From: Vicugna vicugna
Taxonomy: Eukaryota
Assembly (NCBI GenBank): GCA_013265495.1
Contig: MU058000.1
Span: forward strand, 2,356,001-2,420,000
Length of the DNA: 64,000 nt
Direction: 5' to 3'
Below, in pieces: positions 26,876-39,200 of this stretch. Every line of letters begins with the position of its first letter. Positions within the stretch are counted from its first letter, which is position 1. The notes beneath the pieces are model-generated. The model was given only the letters and a program-made list of their open reading frames with translations. It was not told where the DNA came from and searched no databases. Both the position numbers and the translations under genes were made by a program.

Positions 26876-27090
26876 GGTGCAGCCACTATGGAAAACAATA
26901 TGGAGTTTCCTTAAAAAACTAAAAATAGACTTACCATATGATACAGCAATCCCACTTTTGGGCATATATCTGGAGGAAAGTATAATTTGAAAAGATACAG
27001 CACCCCAACGTTCATAGGAGCACTGTTTACAACAGCCAAGACATGGAAGCAACCTAAATGTCCACTGAGAGATGAATGGATAAAAAAGAT
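26876..27090 (+). mobile_element. LINE-1 ORF2 C-terminal fragment, relatively well preserved, no 3' UTR or poly(A)
   Basis: Translates VQPLWKTIWSFLKKLKIDLPYDTAIPLLGIY. It continues ...cagccaagacatggaagcaacctaaatgtccactgagagatgaatggataaaaaagat and then stops. Confidence 0.92.
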
Positions 27091-27749
27091 ACATACAATT
27101 TGAATAGAAATGCATTTCCAAGGGATCGGTGGCAGCGTCTGGAGACTTGATGGGAAAGGAGTGAGAACGGTGGCCTGAAAGCCATCTAAGTGACTATAGC
27201 AACCTTCTCAGGTAAAAATAATTTATGCTGATGTATGAGTTAGGGTCAGAAATACGGGAATTATACTATGTGTTTCAATAGAGAGAGTTTAAGATAAGGC
27301 TGTCATTAAAACATACTGGGGACAGAAAAGGCTAAAAAAAAAAAAAAAGAGGAACATTATTGAGATAATGCAGAGGTAGTTCTTGTGGGAAGCAGCATAT
27401 CTCTCCACCGCTGCCTCCCTCGCTAGGAAGATGAAGACAGTAGGATCTAGAAGCTCTGAGGAGGGCTTCCTCCGAACTGAGACAGACCTCTCTAAAGAGG
27501 GGAGCTGCCTCCCTGGTGCCGGTACCTCAGGAGCTCGGAGGAGGGGTCCTCCAGAGTCCGGACTCCGGAGAGGGGGGGCTTCACAGATGGTGAAGTACCT
27601 CTGACGGGTCGCAACGAGGCTGGTTCTAGGGCTACCTAAGCAGAACATACTGCCTCTCTTTCTATTGCTTAACATATGTATTTTGCCCCTGTTACATGTC
27701 AGGCACTATTAGCTCACCAATAGTGGGCTATTTCATTCATTAAAGTAAC

Positions 27750-28150
<401 letters not shown>

Positions 28151-28259
28151 TTTCAGTCTTCTTATTTTATCACCTCTTTGGTTGCAAAAAAAACCTATGT
28201 TAAACAATTAAAATGGAGAACCCTGTCTGTGAACTAGTAATTAATTTTACAAGAGAAAT

Positions 28260-28430
28260 TTCAGACACTTTCCATACTTTTCAACATTCGATCCTCATGG
28301 TCACCTGTGAGTCAGGTATTGTTGCCTGTTTCATTAGCTGACCACTTGAAATATTGAGAGTTTAAGCATTTTTTTTCTAAGCTCAGGTAACTGATAAACA
28401 GTTAAATACAGATCTATGTAGACTCCAGAC
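28260..28430 (-). mobile_element. MIR SINE fragment
   Basis: ttcgatcctcatggtcacctgtgagtcaggtattgttgcctgtttc...gagagtttaagca...gactccaga. Confidence 0.5.
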
Positions 28431-28557
28431 ATTTATATTTCTATATTAATAAAGCTTTTTCTCATACCAAGTAGTATTTTAGAGCAAGCCAATTCTTTTG
28501 AAGACTAATCTAGCATCACTGGTCCTGTTATAACATTGACCATTAGTTTAAGCTAAA

Positions 28558-29370
28558 TGTTAGGGTTGACTTTGCTCTTTTATCAAGAAGCAAAGCCTGA
28601 AAAAGTGTTCCATGGAGCATGAGGGAGGGACAGGGTTATGAAAAAGAGGAAGAAGGAAGGGCAACTGAAGATATGTTTTCTGAATTGACCACTGGCAATG
28701 TCAAACTTTACTTGAACCCAGCAGTCGTGGTAAATAGCAATGGTAAGAAACCTCCTCCAACTTTGTGTTTTGAGAAAGGGCTCACTACAAAGGGCAATTC
28801 TTACCCATATGATTTATATTAGATTTCTGATGACTCTTTTGTTTGTCCATGATAAGGTCAGATATAGACCCTTCAAATTACCATTCTTTGTCTCATAAAT
28901 AATTAGCTGAACTGTTTGTCCCCAATCACTGGTCTGGTTAAAATGTCTACTAGCTTGAACAGACAGCAGCTGGGCTTCTCTTTTTCCCCCAAAGCCCCTG
29001 AAATTTGGCTCACTCTTGAGCATTGGAAACAACCTCTTCTTAACGGTTGCTCCCGAGAACCAACTGATCTCAAGGAAAAACATTCTCTGATGAACTCTGA
29101 TCATCCCACTGGCTCAGCCTACTCCCCTACATCCAGTTCTTTCTAGCTGGTCCTTAGGAGGGGTTTTATTTGACACCATATTCAGGAGATACTCATGTTC
29201 TATCCTATGGGACCTTCTGAAAAGTCAAATGATATGCTTCCCAAAAATCTCCTCCGGGGAATTGAAAGCAAGGGGAGTGTTTACTGAGCGCTTCATCTCC
29301 CCTTGTTTAAAAGTGGTGTCATCGATGTTAATTCCCTCACATTTCCCAGTTACACATTGAAAAGGGTTGT
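28558..29370 (-). mobile_element. LTR16-like ERVL LTR (putative 3' LTR), split by a later LTR insertion
   Basis: tgttagggttg...agaagcaaagcctgaaa...gagggagggacaggg...gaaggaagggcaa on the left. On the right, aggggagtgtttactgagcgcttcatctcccc...gttaattccctcacatttcccag resumes after 29175. Confidence 0.5.
28699..29175 (+). mobile_element. Solo LTR (ERV1-class, MER-type)
   Basis: Perfect terminal inverted 7-mers tgtcaaa...tttgaca (TG...CA), about 477 bp long, with ERV1-LTR-like content. Confidence 0.7.
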
Positions 29371-29391
29371 GAATTCACCTCACCACCCTCT

Positions 29392-29428
29392 TCACATGCG
29401 TGCATGCATGCACACACACACACACGCA
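29392..29428. repeat. Alternating purine-pyrimidine / (CA)n tract
   Basis: cacatgcgtgcatgcatgcacacacacacacacgca. Confidence 0.9.
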
Positions 29429-29879
29429 GAGTTTTAGGGTTTAAGTGGGAGTCTGATGGGGGCTACACCTCTATAATTTATAAAACTTAAGATGGTAGTG
29501 TTAATCTTATAAATCTCCTGGAAGACATGGTTTTTGGTTTATTATCTTGCTAACGGGCTGGAGGAATCCGTTTTAGGGTCCTCTACTTGATTTTTTCTGC
29601 CAAAAATGTCTTACTCCACAGTTCAGAGAATCAATCAAATGTTTCTTCCAACGACTAAGAATACTTACATCAGTTGCGTACTCGGGTACTGGAAAATAAC
29701 CGCAGGGTTAGTCCATGAACTCATTAGACCCGGCGTATGATGGACTTGAGCCAAGTCTGTTTATCACTTATACTCCTTAAATCCTCCTTCCATCTAGAAA
29801 ACCATGCTGTCATTTTCAGTTTCTCAGTATCAATGTCAATTCAAACAATATATCCAATAGTGTTCAAAGAGTTTAGGTG

Positions 29880-30900
29880 TTTCGCTTCCATTCAGTACAT
29901 TGCGAAGGCTTTTCTCCAGCAGGTCAGCGTCCCCACAGGTCAGTGGGCTCTGAGGCAGGGAAATTTGCATTTAAAGACTGATCCAGGAGTTCCTATTTTT
30001 CGCCAAGATCATTGATGTCAACTTCCTGCTCACTGGCTCTCATTTCTTTTTTCTTAGTTGTTCAATAGCTTTCCATATCTTTATCATTCTTCAAAACATC
30101 AGGATCTATTAATCATATTCACAGTTCACAGCAGGTTATAGCGATCTAATTACCATTTGGCCCCTGTGATCCATTACAGTCATTAATCCACCTTGTTCCC
30201 ACCTACGGAGTGCAGCCACCTGGTCTCTGTCATTCCACAGTCTACCATCTCCCGTTCAGAGTAGGGAGCCCAGTCAATAGGTGTGTCTCCTGCATTTAAC
30301 CTTGGCACAAAGAAGGGGGCCTTCACCAAGCATTTAAAGATGCCAGCTCCCCCTTCCCCATACATTTCTGACTGCTTTAACAAAGGGACTATTCTGTTTC
30401 CTTCCAAGGGAGTCATTTTTATTTTCTTGAGCCTTTTGTCTTCTCCCTCAGTACTCTATTAAGCCATCTCCACTTAAGTTACTGTAGGGTAGTGTTTCTT
30501 AAACTTAAATATGATACAAATTATTGGGGTCTTGGTAAAATACAGATTCTGATTCAGTATCTCTGATGGGACTTAAAAGTTTAGTTTCTAATCTACTCCC
30601 AGGTGATAACTCACACTATCGGTCTGAAGATGATGCTTTGAGTAACACTGCTATTGATAGTTGTTAAGTCCAAACTGCAGAAAGCCATCTCATCAAGGAC
30701 AGTTTCCAAGTGCTGTTAGGTCAGTAAATCTCTCCTGTACGTGGACCCATTGGAAATACCTATAAGACCCATTCCACATTTTTCCTTGTTTCCTTCAAGT
30801 ACCTATTGGTGGTCCTATAATTTCTTCAGTATGTGAACAATTTCCTTCCAGAGCTGAGACCATATTTTCCTGCTGGACTGTGCTGTGCTCTGGTCCCTTG
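29880..30900 (-). mobile_element. Decayed ERVL internal sequence (gag-like), interrupted by a MER5-like element
   Basis: The minus strand reads ccctttgttaaagcagtcagaaatg...ctgggctccct...gaccaggtggctgcact...caaggtgga...taatggatcacaggggccaaatggtaattaga...cagagcccactgac. This parallels ERV-L gag (PFTxAxRN...GQVAALN...PEPLE). Frames are broken. Confidence 0.65.
30491..30651. mobile_element. MER5A/B-like hAT-Charlie MITE
   Basis: agtgtttcttaaactt...taaaatacagattctgattcagta...tttctaa...ctcccaggtgat...ctttgagtaacactg. Confidence 0.8.
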
Positions 30901-30919
30901 AAACAGGAGTGAAGGACAA

Positions 30920-31170
30920 AAAAGAGTCAAATAGAGAAAGAAAAGCCAACTGGTGCTCCATCCTTTATTTTAAACTTACCTGAACTTTTGAAGTGCATCT
31001 GTGTAAAGGCTGAGGGACTTTCTGTGGGTGACCCAGAGGAGCCCTGGGGTGCGAAGTAAGGAGCTGTCACATTGCACAAAGCTTGCACAAAACTGGTCAC
31101 CGCAGTTCTGGCTAATGCAAGAGGTGGAGCTAAAAGTATCTGAAATGGCACAAGAGAGCTGTCTGTTATA
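30920..31170 (-). mobile_element. LTR16-like ERVL LTR, 5' part (putative 5' LTR)
   Basis: The minus strand begins tataacagacagctctcttgtgccatttcagatacttttagctccacctcttgcattagccagaactgcggtgaccag, which resembles the LTR16 start. Confidence 0.6.
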
Positions 31171-31899
31171 TCTTCCATCTATCTTTCTAAACCCACCCCC
31201 CTGTTTGTGTTCTTCCCTCCCCATTCTTTCTTTTAGTCGTTGCCATCTGCCAGCAATAGCCACGTGATTACCAGATATAGCTTCCTAAGGCATTTTACTT
31301 TCTTTCTCTCTCTCTTTTTTTCCCTAACAACAGGCCAGTCTATTCCAGTCTTTCCACTCTGAAAACAAATTCTTAAGCTAGTCCTGCTGCTATTGGAAAC
31401 ACAAACCTGCATTCAAGTCTAGTACTACTTTTCACTCCTTAGACTTGAATGTTTTATTTTGTTTCCTCACCTGGGAAGTAAGGATAATAAAAGTAAAATT
31501 TTAAGGTGCAGAAATTCAGTTGTGATAATACTTGCAAAAATGTTCTGGAAACAAGAGAGCCCTAAACAAAATTTAGTCTGTGGTTTTATACACTGATTAA
31601 TTCACAGTACATAAGAGAAAAGACCAAGGAAGTGCTTAAAATGTGTATTCCTTTCAGAATTATTCATGTTTAGAAGGAGAACAGTATAGCTGAAATGAAT
31701 AATTGCTTAAAGTTAGAATTTCTAACATTCCAATGTGATAGGTATTTTCATGATGCTGGGGAGACGGTTCTCAAAATCTTCTTATCCAGGTTACTTGTCT
31801 CATCTTCTTTTGACACTTGTTCTTCTGTTTTTTAAGATAACTTCTGAGTATCACCACATACATAAAACTGTCCTTTTTCGTAGTGCTCACGTGGTGCCT

Positions 31900-32080
31900 G
31901 TCACCCCACTAGCTTCGTTAGACACCTTCCCGTATTTACTCTTCACAACAAACTTGAGAGGCATTATTATGGTTCGATTTTACATATGACACTAGTCTTT
32001 CAAGCCTTAAAATACGTCCTAGTGAAAACAGAGTTAGCAAGTGGCACAGCCAGCGCTTGAATCCAGGTTTGTGTGAAAAG
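31900..32080 (-). mobile_element. MIR SINE
   Basis: tttactcttcacaacaaacttgagaggcattattatggttcgattttacatatga...gttagcaagtggcacagccagcgcttgaatccaggtttgtgtga. Confidence 0.7.
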
Positions 32081-34187
32081 GCTTCTCAGCTTTTTATTCC
32101 ACAGTTTTGATGTCCCTGATGGGCATCATGACCACACCTCCTGAATTGCACTGGCCAATCCCAGCCCATGTCTGTTATTCTGATCTGATTAGCAGTTTAT
32201 TTCACTCCCCTAAGTACCCCAGCTTTAATGATACATTGTTTGGTTACCTTATTGTTCAGACTGTTTTGTCTTGTTTTTAAATAAAGTTTATCTGTATATC
32301 AAAATCTTCATATTTTTCAATCTGTGTATGTTTTAAAATAATAATACGGTTTCATTCTCTAAATCTTACACTACACTTGACGTGAGCTGCTCCTCAGCTT
32401 CTTAAACTCACTCGTGCACGTATCATGCCATGAAAATACTTGGCACAAAATGATTGGTATAACTGATATCCTAAAATAGCCTAAAATATTTCAACCTTGA
32501 TTTGGTGCTAAAAAAACAGAAAAACCCAAATAAACAGACAAAAACACTAATGAATATCTCTTACATTTCTATTACTAATACATACGTCTTACATTTCTCC
32601 AACATTTTCTTCATAAGTTTGTACAAACATTCAGATTATAGTTCAAAGTCTGTTTTTTTTCTTCAAGGCTGAAAATTTTCGATATAGACTTGTTAAGAAA
32701 AATCTTTTAATTCCTTACCAAAGCGTTCAGTAAGATATGATGGATGGTCCTACATTTGAACTCAAGGTTTGCTCTTATCTTGGGAAGAATTCAAGAGTTT
32801 GTATGATGTGTTCAAAAACGGACTGTTTAGTAATGGCTTATTTGTGCAGCCAAGATGGTTACAGCAGGACCATTTTGGGACTTCTGAATCATTTTGATGA
32901 TTTTTCTGATAGGAGAAAAAAATTAAGAGACTTCATTTTCTCCCCTGTCATTTGGAAATGGATCATATGTCCAGTAAATACTAGCTTACTGCTGTTGATT
33001 CCAAACACATGTAGTATCACAAGTTACAGCTCAGAGTCTCAGGCAAGAGCTGTTGGTTTCTATGTTGCATTAGTTGGTAACTGTGACTTTGATTAAAGTG
33101 AAGAAGAGACCGTACTAAGAAATTAATATTTAGTGGGTATTCCTATGGTACACAAATTGCCAACATTTTTACTTTGATGATGAAACTAATAGTATAGATT
33201 TCTTACATGTTCACTGATAAATGTAGTATTTTAAACATTTATTTATAAAAGCTCTATGAAGTAAGTTGATTATATATATTCAAATATACTGCTTACTTAA
33301 TATATATCTGTGCCATTTTAACTTGGTATAATGTATATTGGAAAGTTTCAGCTGGAAGACTTGTTTTCTGTGTTTATTCACCCGTAGAGTGACTGTTTAT
33401 AGCTACCCAGAGAGTGTAAAATGGAGGATAGTAGAGAGTAGATATATTTTATAAAAATATATGGAAATCTATAGAATTATTCTCCATCAAAATATTCCTA
33501 TTAATTTTGGCTTTCTTTCTCATAATTTCTAATTTCAAAAATGTTTCCATTGATGTGATGGTATTTCTGTCTTATGACTTTAAGGATAAAAAAATCTTAG
33601 TTAAAATAAATCATCAAAAACACTTTTTTTTTTTCCGATGGATGTTGTGATGACATGGAATGGTCATGGGTTAGAGTTCAGAAAAGCTGACTGTTGGCTT
33701 TTACTCTTTCATTACTACTTATTGAGAGTCTAAGAATTGCTACTTGTAGACAATCTAAGAATGTGGGGCTCAGTTTCATCACCCTTGTAAAAGCAGATGA
33801 AGTTATTCTAGATTCTTGGTAATGAACTTTCTTGTCCTAAAATTTAAATTCTCTTCTCCATATCTTTACCTTGGAAAATGGGGCAAATCTGATTGTAGCT
33901 GATGGTTCACTCCTGACATATTTCTTGTAAGATCGTACTGCAAGATCCAAGACTTCTGAAATGAATGTTCCCACTCTCTCCAAGCTTTAAGAATGATTTA
34001 ACATCTAATCTATACTCTAAAAGCCACATTTATTTAGAATCAATCTTAATTTTACAACCTTTGCTCATAATTGGTGTCATAAGGATAAATTACATGTAGT
34101 AGATTTATAAACCTCAAGTTACTTCTTGCAAACAGTGACTATCACGATTCAGTTAATTAAAATGAAAACCTAAATGGAATTGTCATT

Positions 34188-34687
34188 GGTGTAGACAGAA
34201 TAATGGTCTTCTAAAGATGTCTACAACTAATCTCAAGAATCTGTTAATGTATTATGTTCTACTTTGGAACAGGGGGATTAAGGTTGCAGATGGAATTAGG
34301 TTTGTTAATCAGATGACTTAAAACAGGGAGATTATCCTGGATTATCTGGGTGGTTACAATGTGATCACAAGGTTCTTAAGTGTGTTAGAGGGAGGCAGAA
34401 GAGTCAATGTTAAGTAGAGAAAAATTTGAAATCAACTGCTGGTTTTGAAGATGGAAGGGAACCATGAACCAAGGAAGGTGGGCAGCCTCTAGTAACTGGA
34501 AAAGTCAGGGGAAGAGATTATCCTCTTGAGTCTACAGACTGGAACATAGTCTGGGCGACATGTTGATCTTAGCCTAGTGAGATCCATTGAGATCTCTAAC
34601 CTACAAAACTATAAGATAAAAATTTGTGCTGTTTTAAGTCAATAAATGTGTGGTAAATTGTTACAGCAGCCATATGAAACTGTTACA
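34188..34687 (+). mobile_element. MaLR LTR, MLT1D-like solo LTR
   Basis: gtagacagaataatgg...aaggttgcagatggaattagg...agggagattatcctggattatctgggtgg...gagggaggcagaagagtca...tttgtgctgttttaag...ttgttacagcagcc...aca. Confidence 0.92.
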
Positions 34688-35074
34688 ATTATTAACAGGA
34701 AGCTAGTGTAGTTGTTAGTGAAGAGCAACTTTGGTAGATAGTTGACTGTATACTTTATTATACTGATTTTCAAGTGATTTTCCAATCTTATAAAAAGATA
34801 ACTCATGTTTCATTATACAATATTGTGTATGCAATAGAATGAAAATCATGATGACTTCAGGAATGTGGAAACTATAGATACAAACAGAAAAAGAATGCAG
34901 AATAGTGTGTGTTATTATTGCAACCCCATAAAATACAGATGTAGGTAGTAAAGATCTGGAATATAACATGAAATACAGATGGTATGATGCTATAATCAGC
35001 TTGTAAATATTATGTATTTTTATTTTTTAATCACACTGGTATTGTTGATGATTGTAACACTGATGTAGAAATAA

Positions 35075-36530
35075 ATAAGTGGGTCCGTCGGGGAGCTGAG
35101 CCCCCACACTCACCCAATATCAATGCGGCAGGATTAGATGGGGTCACCTGGACTAGTCAACACTCCGCTGTCCCTTTGCCTGGTGTCAGCTTGGTCCAGC
35201 AGGAAGCTGATCTTTCACCCAATCCAATATCAACAAGATGGAGGGAGGTGGCCCAGGGTGAGCATGGTTGGCCACCACATTTCCCTTTCATTCCACTCTG
35301 TCTTACTCCAATGGGACCAAGAAACAGGTTGAGCTTCCACTTCAGTCCAGCAACAGCGAAATAATGAGAACTTGCTCTTCACTTACTCTCTCTGGGTGTT
35401 TGAGCCCCAGTGGAAAGCTGAGCTTATATCTCAACCTGAATGCAAGGGAGAGTTGCCAGTTGGTGCCCTGGTTTCTCTGTGAAGGTGTTAGCATTGCTGA
35501 GGGGGAGGAGGACTCTCACCACATCTGTCTGCACTGAGGCAGTGTGAGTCAGTGCTCTACTTCTTAAGGGATAGGGGTGGGGCTGGTGGACACAGCAGGA
35601 AGCGTAGGCTCTCCTGGTCCTTACACTACCTTCTCCACAGGGAAACATCCTGCTTTAAAAAAAAAAAAAATAGAATCTGGAGTCTTATACTATCATCTTA
35701 AAATATTCAGAGTATAATTGCAGGAACATTTATTGTATCAAGAACCAGGAAAATCACAGAAGATATCAACAGACACCTATAGCAAGGCCAATTAAATGTT
35801 AGAATTATCTGCCAAGGATTTTAAAACAGCCTCATAAAAATGCTTCAACAAGCAACTTAAGTTCTCTTAAACAAATACAAAATAGAAGACCTCAGCAAAG
35901 AAGTAACATTTACTTTAAACAACAACCAAATAAAACATATATAACTGAAAAACAAATCGCAAAAACAAATAAAGAAATAAAGCTCACCGATGGGACAGAG
36001 GATTAAATTAATGAACTTGAAGACACATCAATCAAATGTGTGCAATTTGAATATCTGAGAAAAATAGCCTGAAAAAAAATCAACTGAGTCTCATGGACAA
36101 GTAGAACAATAGTAAAAGAGGTCACAGTCTTATGTTTGTCTGGGAGAGAGGAGAGAGAGTAGAACTGAAAAAATATTCAATGAAATAATGGCTGAAAAAT
36201 TCCCAAATTTGCCAAAACACAAACCCTGCAGATTCAAGTCGCTGAGTAAATGCTGAGTAGGATAAAACCAAGGTAACCCAAGCCAAGATGCATCAAAGTT
36301 AAACTCCTGGAACTAAAGACAAAGAGAAACTCTTAAAAGCAGCCAGAGAGAAAAAATGAAGAAATACCAGTTCAAAGGGCAGCCGATTTCATATCTGAAA
36401 CCTTGGAGACCAGAAGGAAATGCCTCCACATTTTTGAAGTACTGAAGGAAAAGTGTGGTCGACCATCATTTCTTTGTCTGGAAATAATATCCTTGGAGAA
36501 TGAGAGGGAAATAAAGGTATTTTCAGATTA
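35075..36530 (+). mobile_element. Old LINE-1 5' UTR plus decayed ORF1
   Basis: A GC-richer 5' UTR-like block (35075-35650) is followed by ORF1 motifs: gaaataatggctgaaaaattcccaaatttg (EIMAEKFPNL), aaagacaaagagaaactcttaaaagcagccagagagaaaa (KDKEKLLKAAREK), gagagggaaataaaggtattttcagat. Confidence 0.85.
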
Positions 36531-36913
36531 AATATTGTGTTGCGATTATTTCCATCACACAAGAAAGAAAGATCATACTACGTTTTACCATTTGGTTTTA
36601 ACTTGTTAAGGAGCAATTCTGGCAAAATGAAGAAAATGGTCCTGAATTACTGCTGCTGGTGGTTGTTAAAAACATTTTTGATGAACATATTTATATACAT
36701 AAAATTTAACCTTTTACTTTTTGGTCCATTAAACCAGCTCCTCTCAATTCCTCCCCATCTCAGTGAAGGGGACTTGCAGCCTTCTGTTTGCTCATGCCCA
36801 AATGATTTCTCTCCTTCACATCCAATAGGTAAATCTAGCAGCTTTACCTTTAAAACCACCTCTTCCCATCACTTCTCCTGCCACTTGGGTCTAAGCCATC
36901 ATCATTTCATACC

Positions 36914-37114
36914 AGCTTTCCCAATATTCTTACCTAATATGTCTCAAGGATACCAAGATAACAACTTCTTTCATGTGCAGAGAGGTGTGAAGGAATTAGA
37001 GAAACTGGGAACAATTTCTGGCACTGAACAGCCTCTTCTTCTCCTAGTGCACCACACAGACATCCTTAATTTCTATGTAGGTTTCCTGGAGTAGAAAAGA
37101 TTGGGGACAATTGG
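36914..37114. mobile_element. Probable hAT-Charlie MITE inside L2
   Basis: Imperfect terminal inverted repeats cagctttcccaat / attggggacaattg, about 200 bp long. Confidence 0.5.
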
Positions 37115-37264
37115 GTTTAGACTATTGCAATAACCTGTAACAGTTTCCCTGTTGTATCCTCTGCCTTCCTTTAGTGTATTTTACACAGAGGAAATAAGTG
37201 ACTTTTAAAAAATGTAAGTCAGGTAATATTTACAACTACTCAGACACTCCAAAGGCTTACCATC

Positions 37265-37656
37265 TGTGATGGCAACACAAAATTTGGTTCGCATGTAAGT
37301 GTTCATGGGGCCACACACAGCAAGAAAATCTGAAAAAGTTGATTACTCATACAAAGAGATTTTTCTGGGAAGAGCAGTACCACTCCTAAGGAAGTCTGAA
37401 AAGTCTTGAAAGAGCAGGAAAAAGACAGGCTGGGAGTTTTTATTATGGTTTGGCTGTAGAGAACAGGTGATGGTTTCTGTGCGCTTGTGCAGATCAGGGC
37501 TTGTGCAGTCTGAGTCTCCAGCTGGAACCGAAGGATGGAGCACGGGGTGTTCTTATCAGCTTGCCCAGATGCCAGGCAGAAGGAGAAGAGAGGGCTGAGG
37601 CTTAAAAGCTCTCAGCAGTCAAACAGCAAAAGCATGGAGTCAGACTCTTCATTATA
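37265..37656 (-). mobile_element. Solo ERV LTR inside L2
   Basis: tgtgatggcaacacaaaatttggttc...gcttaaaagctctcagcagtcaaaca...atggagtcagactcttcattata, about 390 bp. L2 is collinear on both sides. Confidence 0.7.
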
Positions 37657-38289
37657 CCCAGTAACTGGAAGCATGTCCCAATCTTTACCACACAGACTAC
37701 TCTGCAGAGCCTGGCTCCCTGCTACATCTCAGAGCTACCTTCACCACCCACCGCTCTCCCCCAATCTGCTACACTCAGAGTGAACTCCTATTTCTCCAGA
37801 ATCCAAGCAAACTTCCAGCACTTAGAATTGTGCTTGATAAAGTACTTGTTGAGTGAAGGAACACGTTATTTCCAACAAAGTTTAATGTTCATTCTAGTTG
37901 TCTTTCTCCACAACAGAATAAGATTCTTATGTAATTTCACTATTTATGAAAATTGTGTCTATGACTTTCCTTATTAATGGCCTCTAGAAACTTAATTTCA
38001 ACACTTTATTGAGTAAAACTTAGTTATGATTCTAGTTTCTAGCTTACATTGATATTTAATTAAAAGAGGTAACATATTTGACCAGTTTCAAAACACTCAT
38101 TTATTTTTGGCTCTGAATTTCTTTTTAAAATTCAGTTAGTTTTTGCTTAAGTAGGTTTTTATTAGCTCTTCAGGCATGTTTGTCCAGACAGGAAAAAAAA
38201 AAAAAACCTCTTAATGTATATTACCATTTTACAAAATTCCCACATTTTTGTAGTATCTTGTAGTATTTTTATGACAATAATTTTCTATG

Positions 38290-39200
38290 AACACTTTGAA
38301 AGGATGCTTCTTATCTTTTGCCACTGTTGTTTCTGGTGAGAAGAGGGCTTGCTTAATTATTGCTCACTTGCAAGCAATCCATCTCGTCCCTCTGTCTAAT
38401 GTTTCATTAAGAGAAGAATGTTGTAGATTGATTTGTTTATTTGCTTTTAATCCATGTCTTCTTTGAGTTAGTTGTTGGCTGTTTGCTTGTTGTAAAGGTT
38501 AATTTTGTTTACCACGGTCTATTACCATGCCATTCTGTCTCAAGTTTTCAGTTGCTCCCTGCTGGAGTTCTAAATCCAGAACCAGGTCTTAAATTAGTAG
38601 GTTACAGCTCCTGGACATTGGTGTTGTTTGGAACATGGCAGATCAGTCCATGAGACAGCAAATACTCTAGAGCAGGAGCTGCCTGTCAGGCTCTGTCTTT
38701 CTCCCTTGCCTCTCTGGTTATGGAACTTTATATGCACTGTGGATCCAGAAAGAAGCAATAGCTTTTTAACCTTTTTCTATTCCCAAGTTTTATGCAGTGC
38801 GCATGGCTCTGGGCAGCATCTTTACTTTCACAGAGTACTTTTTATTTCTTGCTCCATCACCGTCTAATTCATGTCCTGTTTGGTGGGATTCCACATCTAG
38901 GCTCCAAGAGATCTGCAGACTCTGCTCACTCGTTTTGTTATTTTTCCAAGTAGTTATCCCTTGGAACACAGTGCAATGATCCCTTCTTTATTAAACAGCC
39001 TTTAAAGTATGACAGAATTATAACAGCACGTATAACCAACTTGCACACCGGTAAATCATCCCAAAGAGAATGTATTCACATGACCACTAACCCAGTGAAG
39101 ATAGAGTACTCTTAGCATTCTGGAAGTTCCCTGCCCTTTCTTTTCTAGTGACTAAACATTCTTTCTTCCCCAAAACTATCCTGACTTCTTCCAATTTAGA
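38290..39200 (-). mobile_element. Very old L1 fragments (ORF1-like piece and L1ME-like 3' UTR piece)
   Basis: ctgttgtttctggtgagaag...aattattgctcacttgcaagcaatc, and catgaccactaacccagtgaagatagagtact...ctggaagttccct...aactatcctgacttct. Confidence 0.45.

Larger units (their letters stand above)
36735..37860 (+). mobile_element. LINE-2 fragment, interrupted by two later insertions
   Basis: Collinear L2 pieces: ttcctccccatctcagtgaagg...aagccatcatcattt | gactattgcaataacc...aaaatgtaagtcag...actccaaaggctt | ...ctggctccctgctac...ataaagtacttgttgagtgaa. Confidence 0.7.

Noticed and set aside
26787..27121. ORFs 26787-26990(+) and 26813-27121(-) as genes
   Set aside because: They are sense and antisense readings of an L1 ORF2 fragment.
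29880..30420. Domesticated or intact ERVL gag gene
   Set aside because: The similarity is spread over shifted frames with stops, and there is no long ORF.
36537..37094. 185-aa ORF, the longest non-gap ORF
   Set aside because: It starts at a non-ATG codon, crosses L2 and MITE remnants, and shows no recognisable domain.
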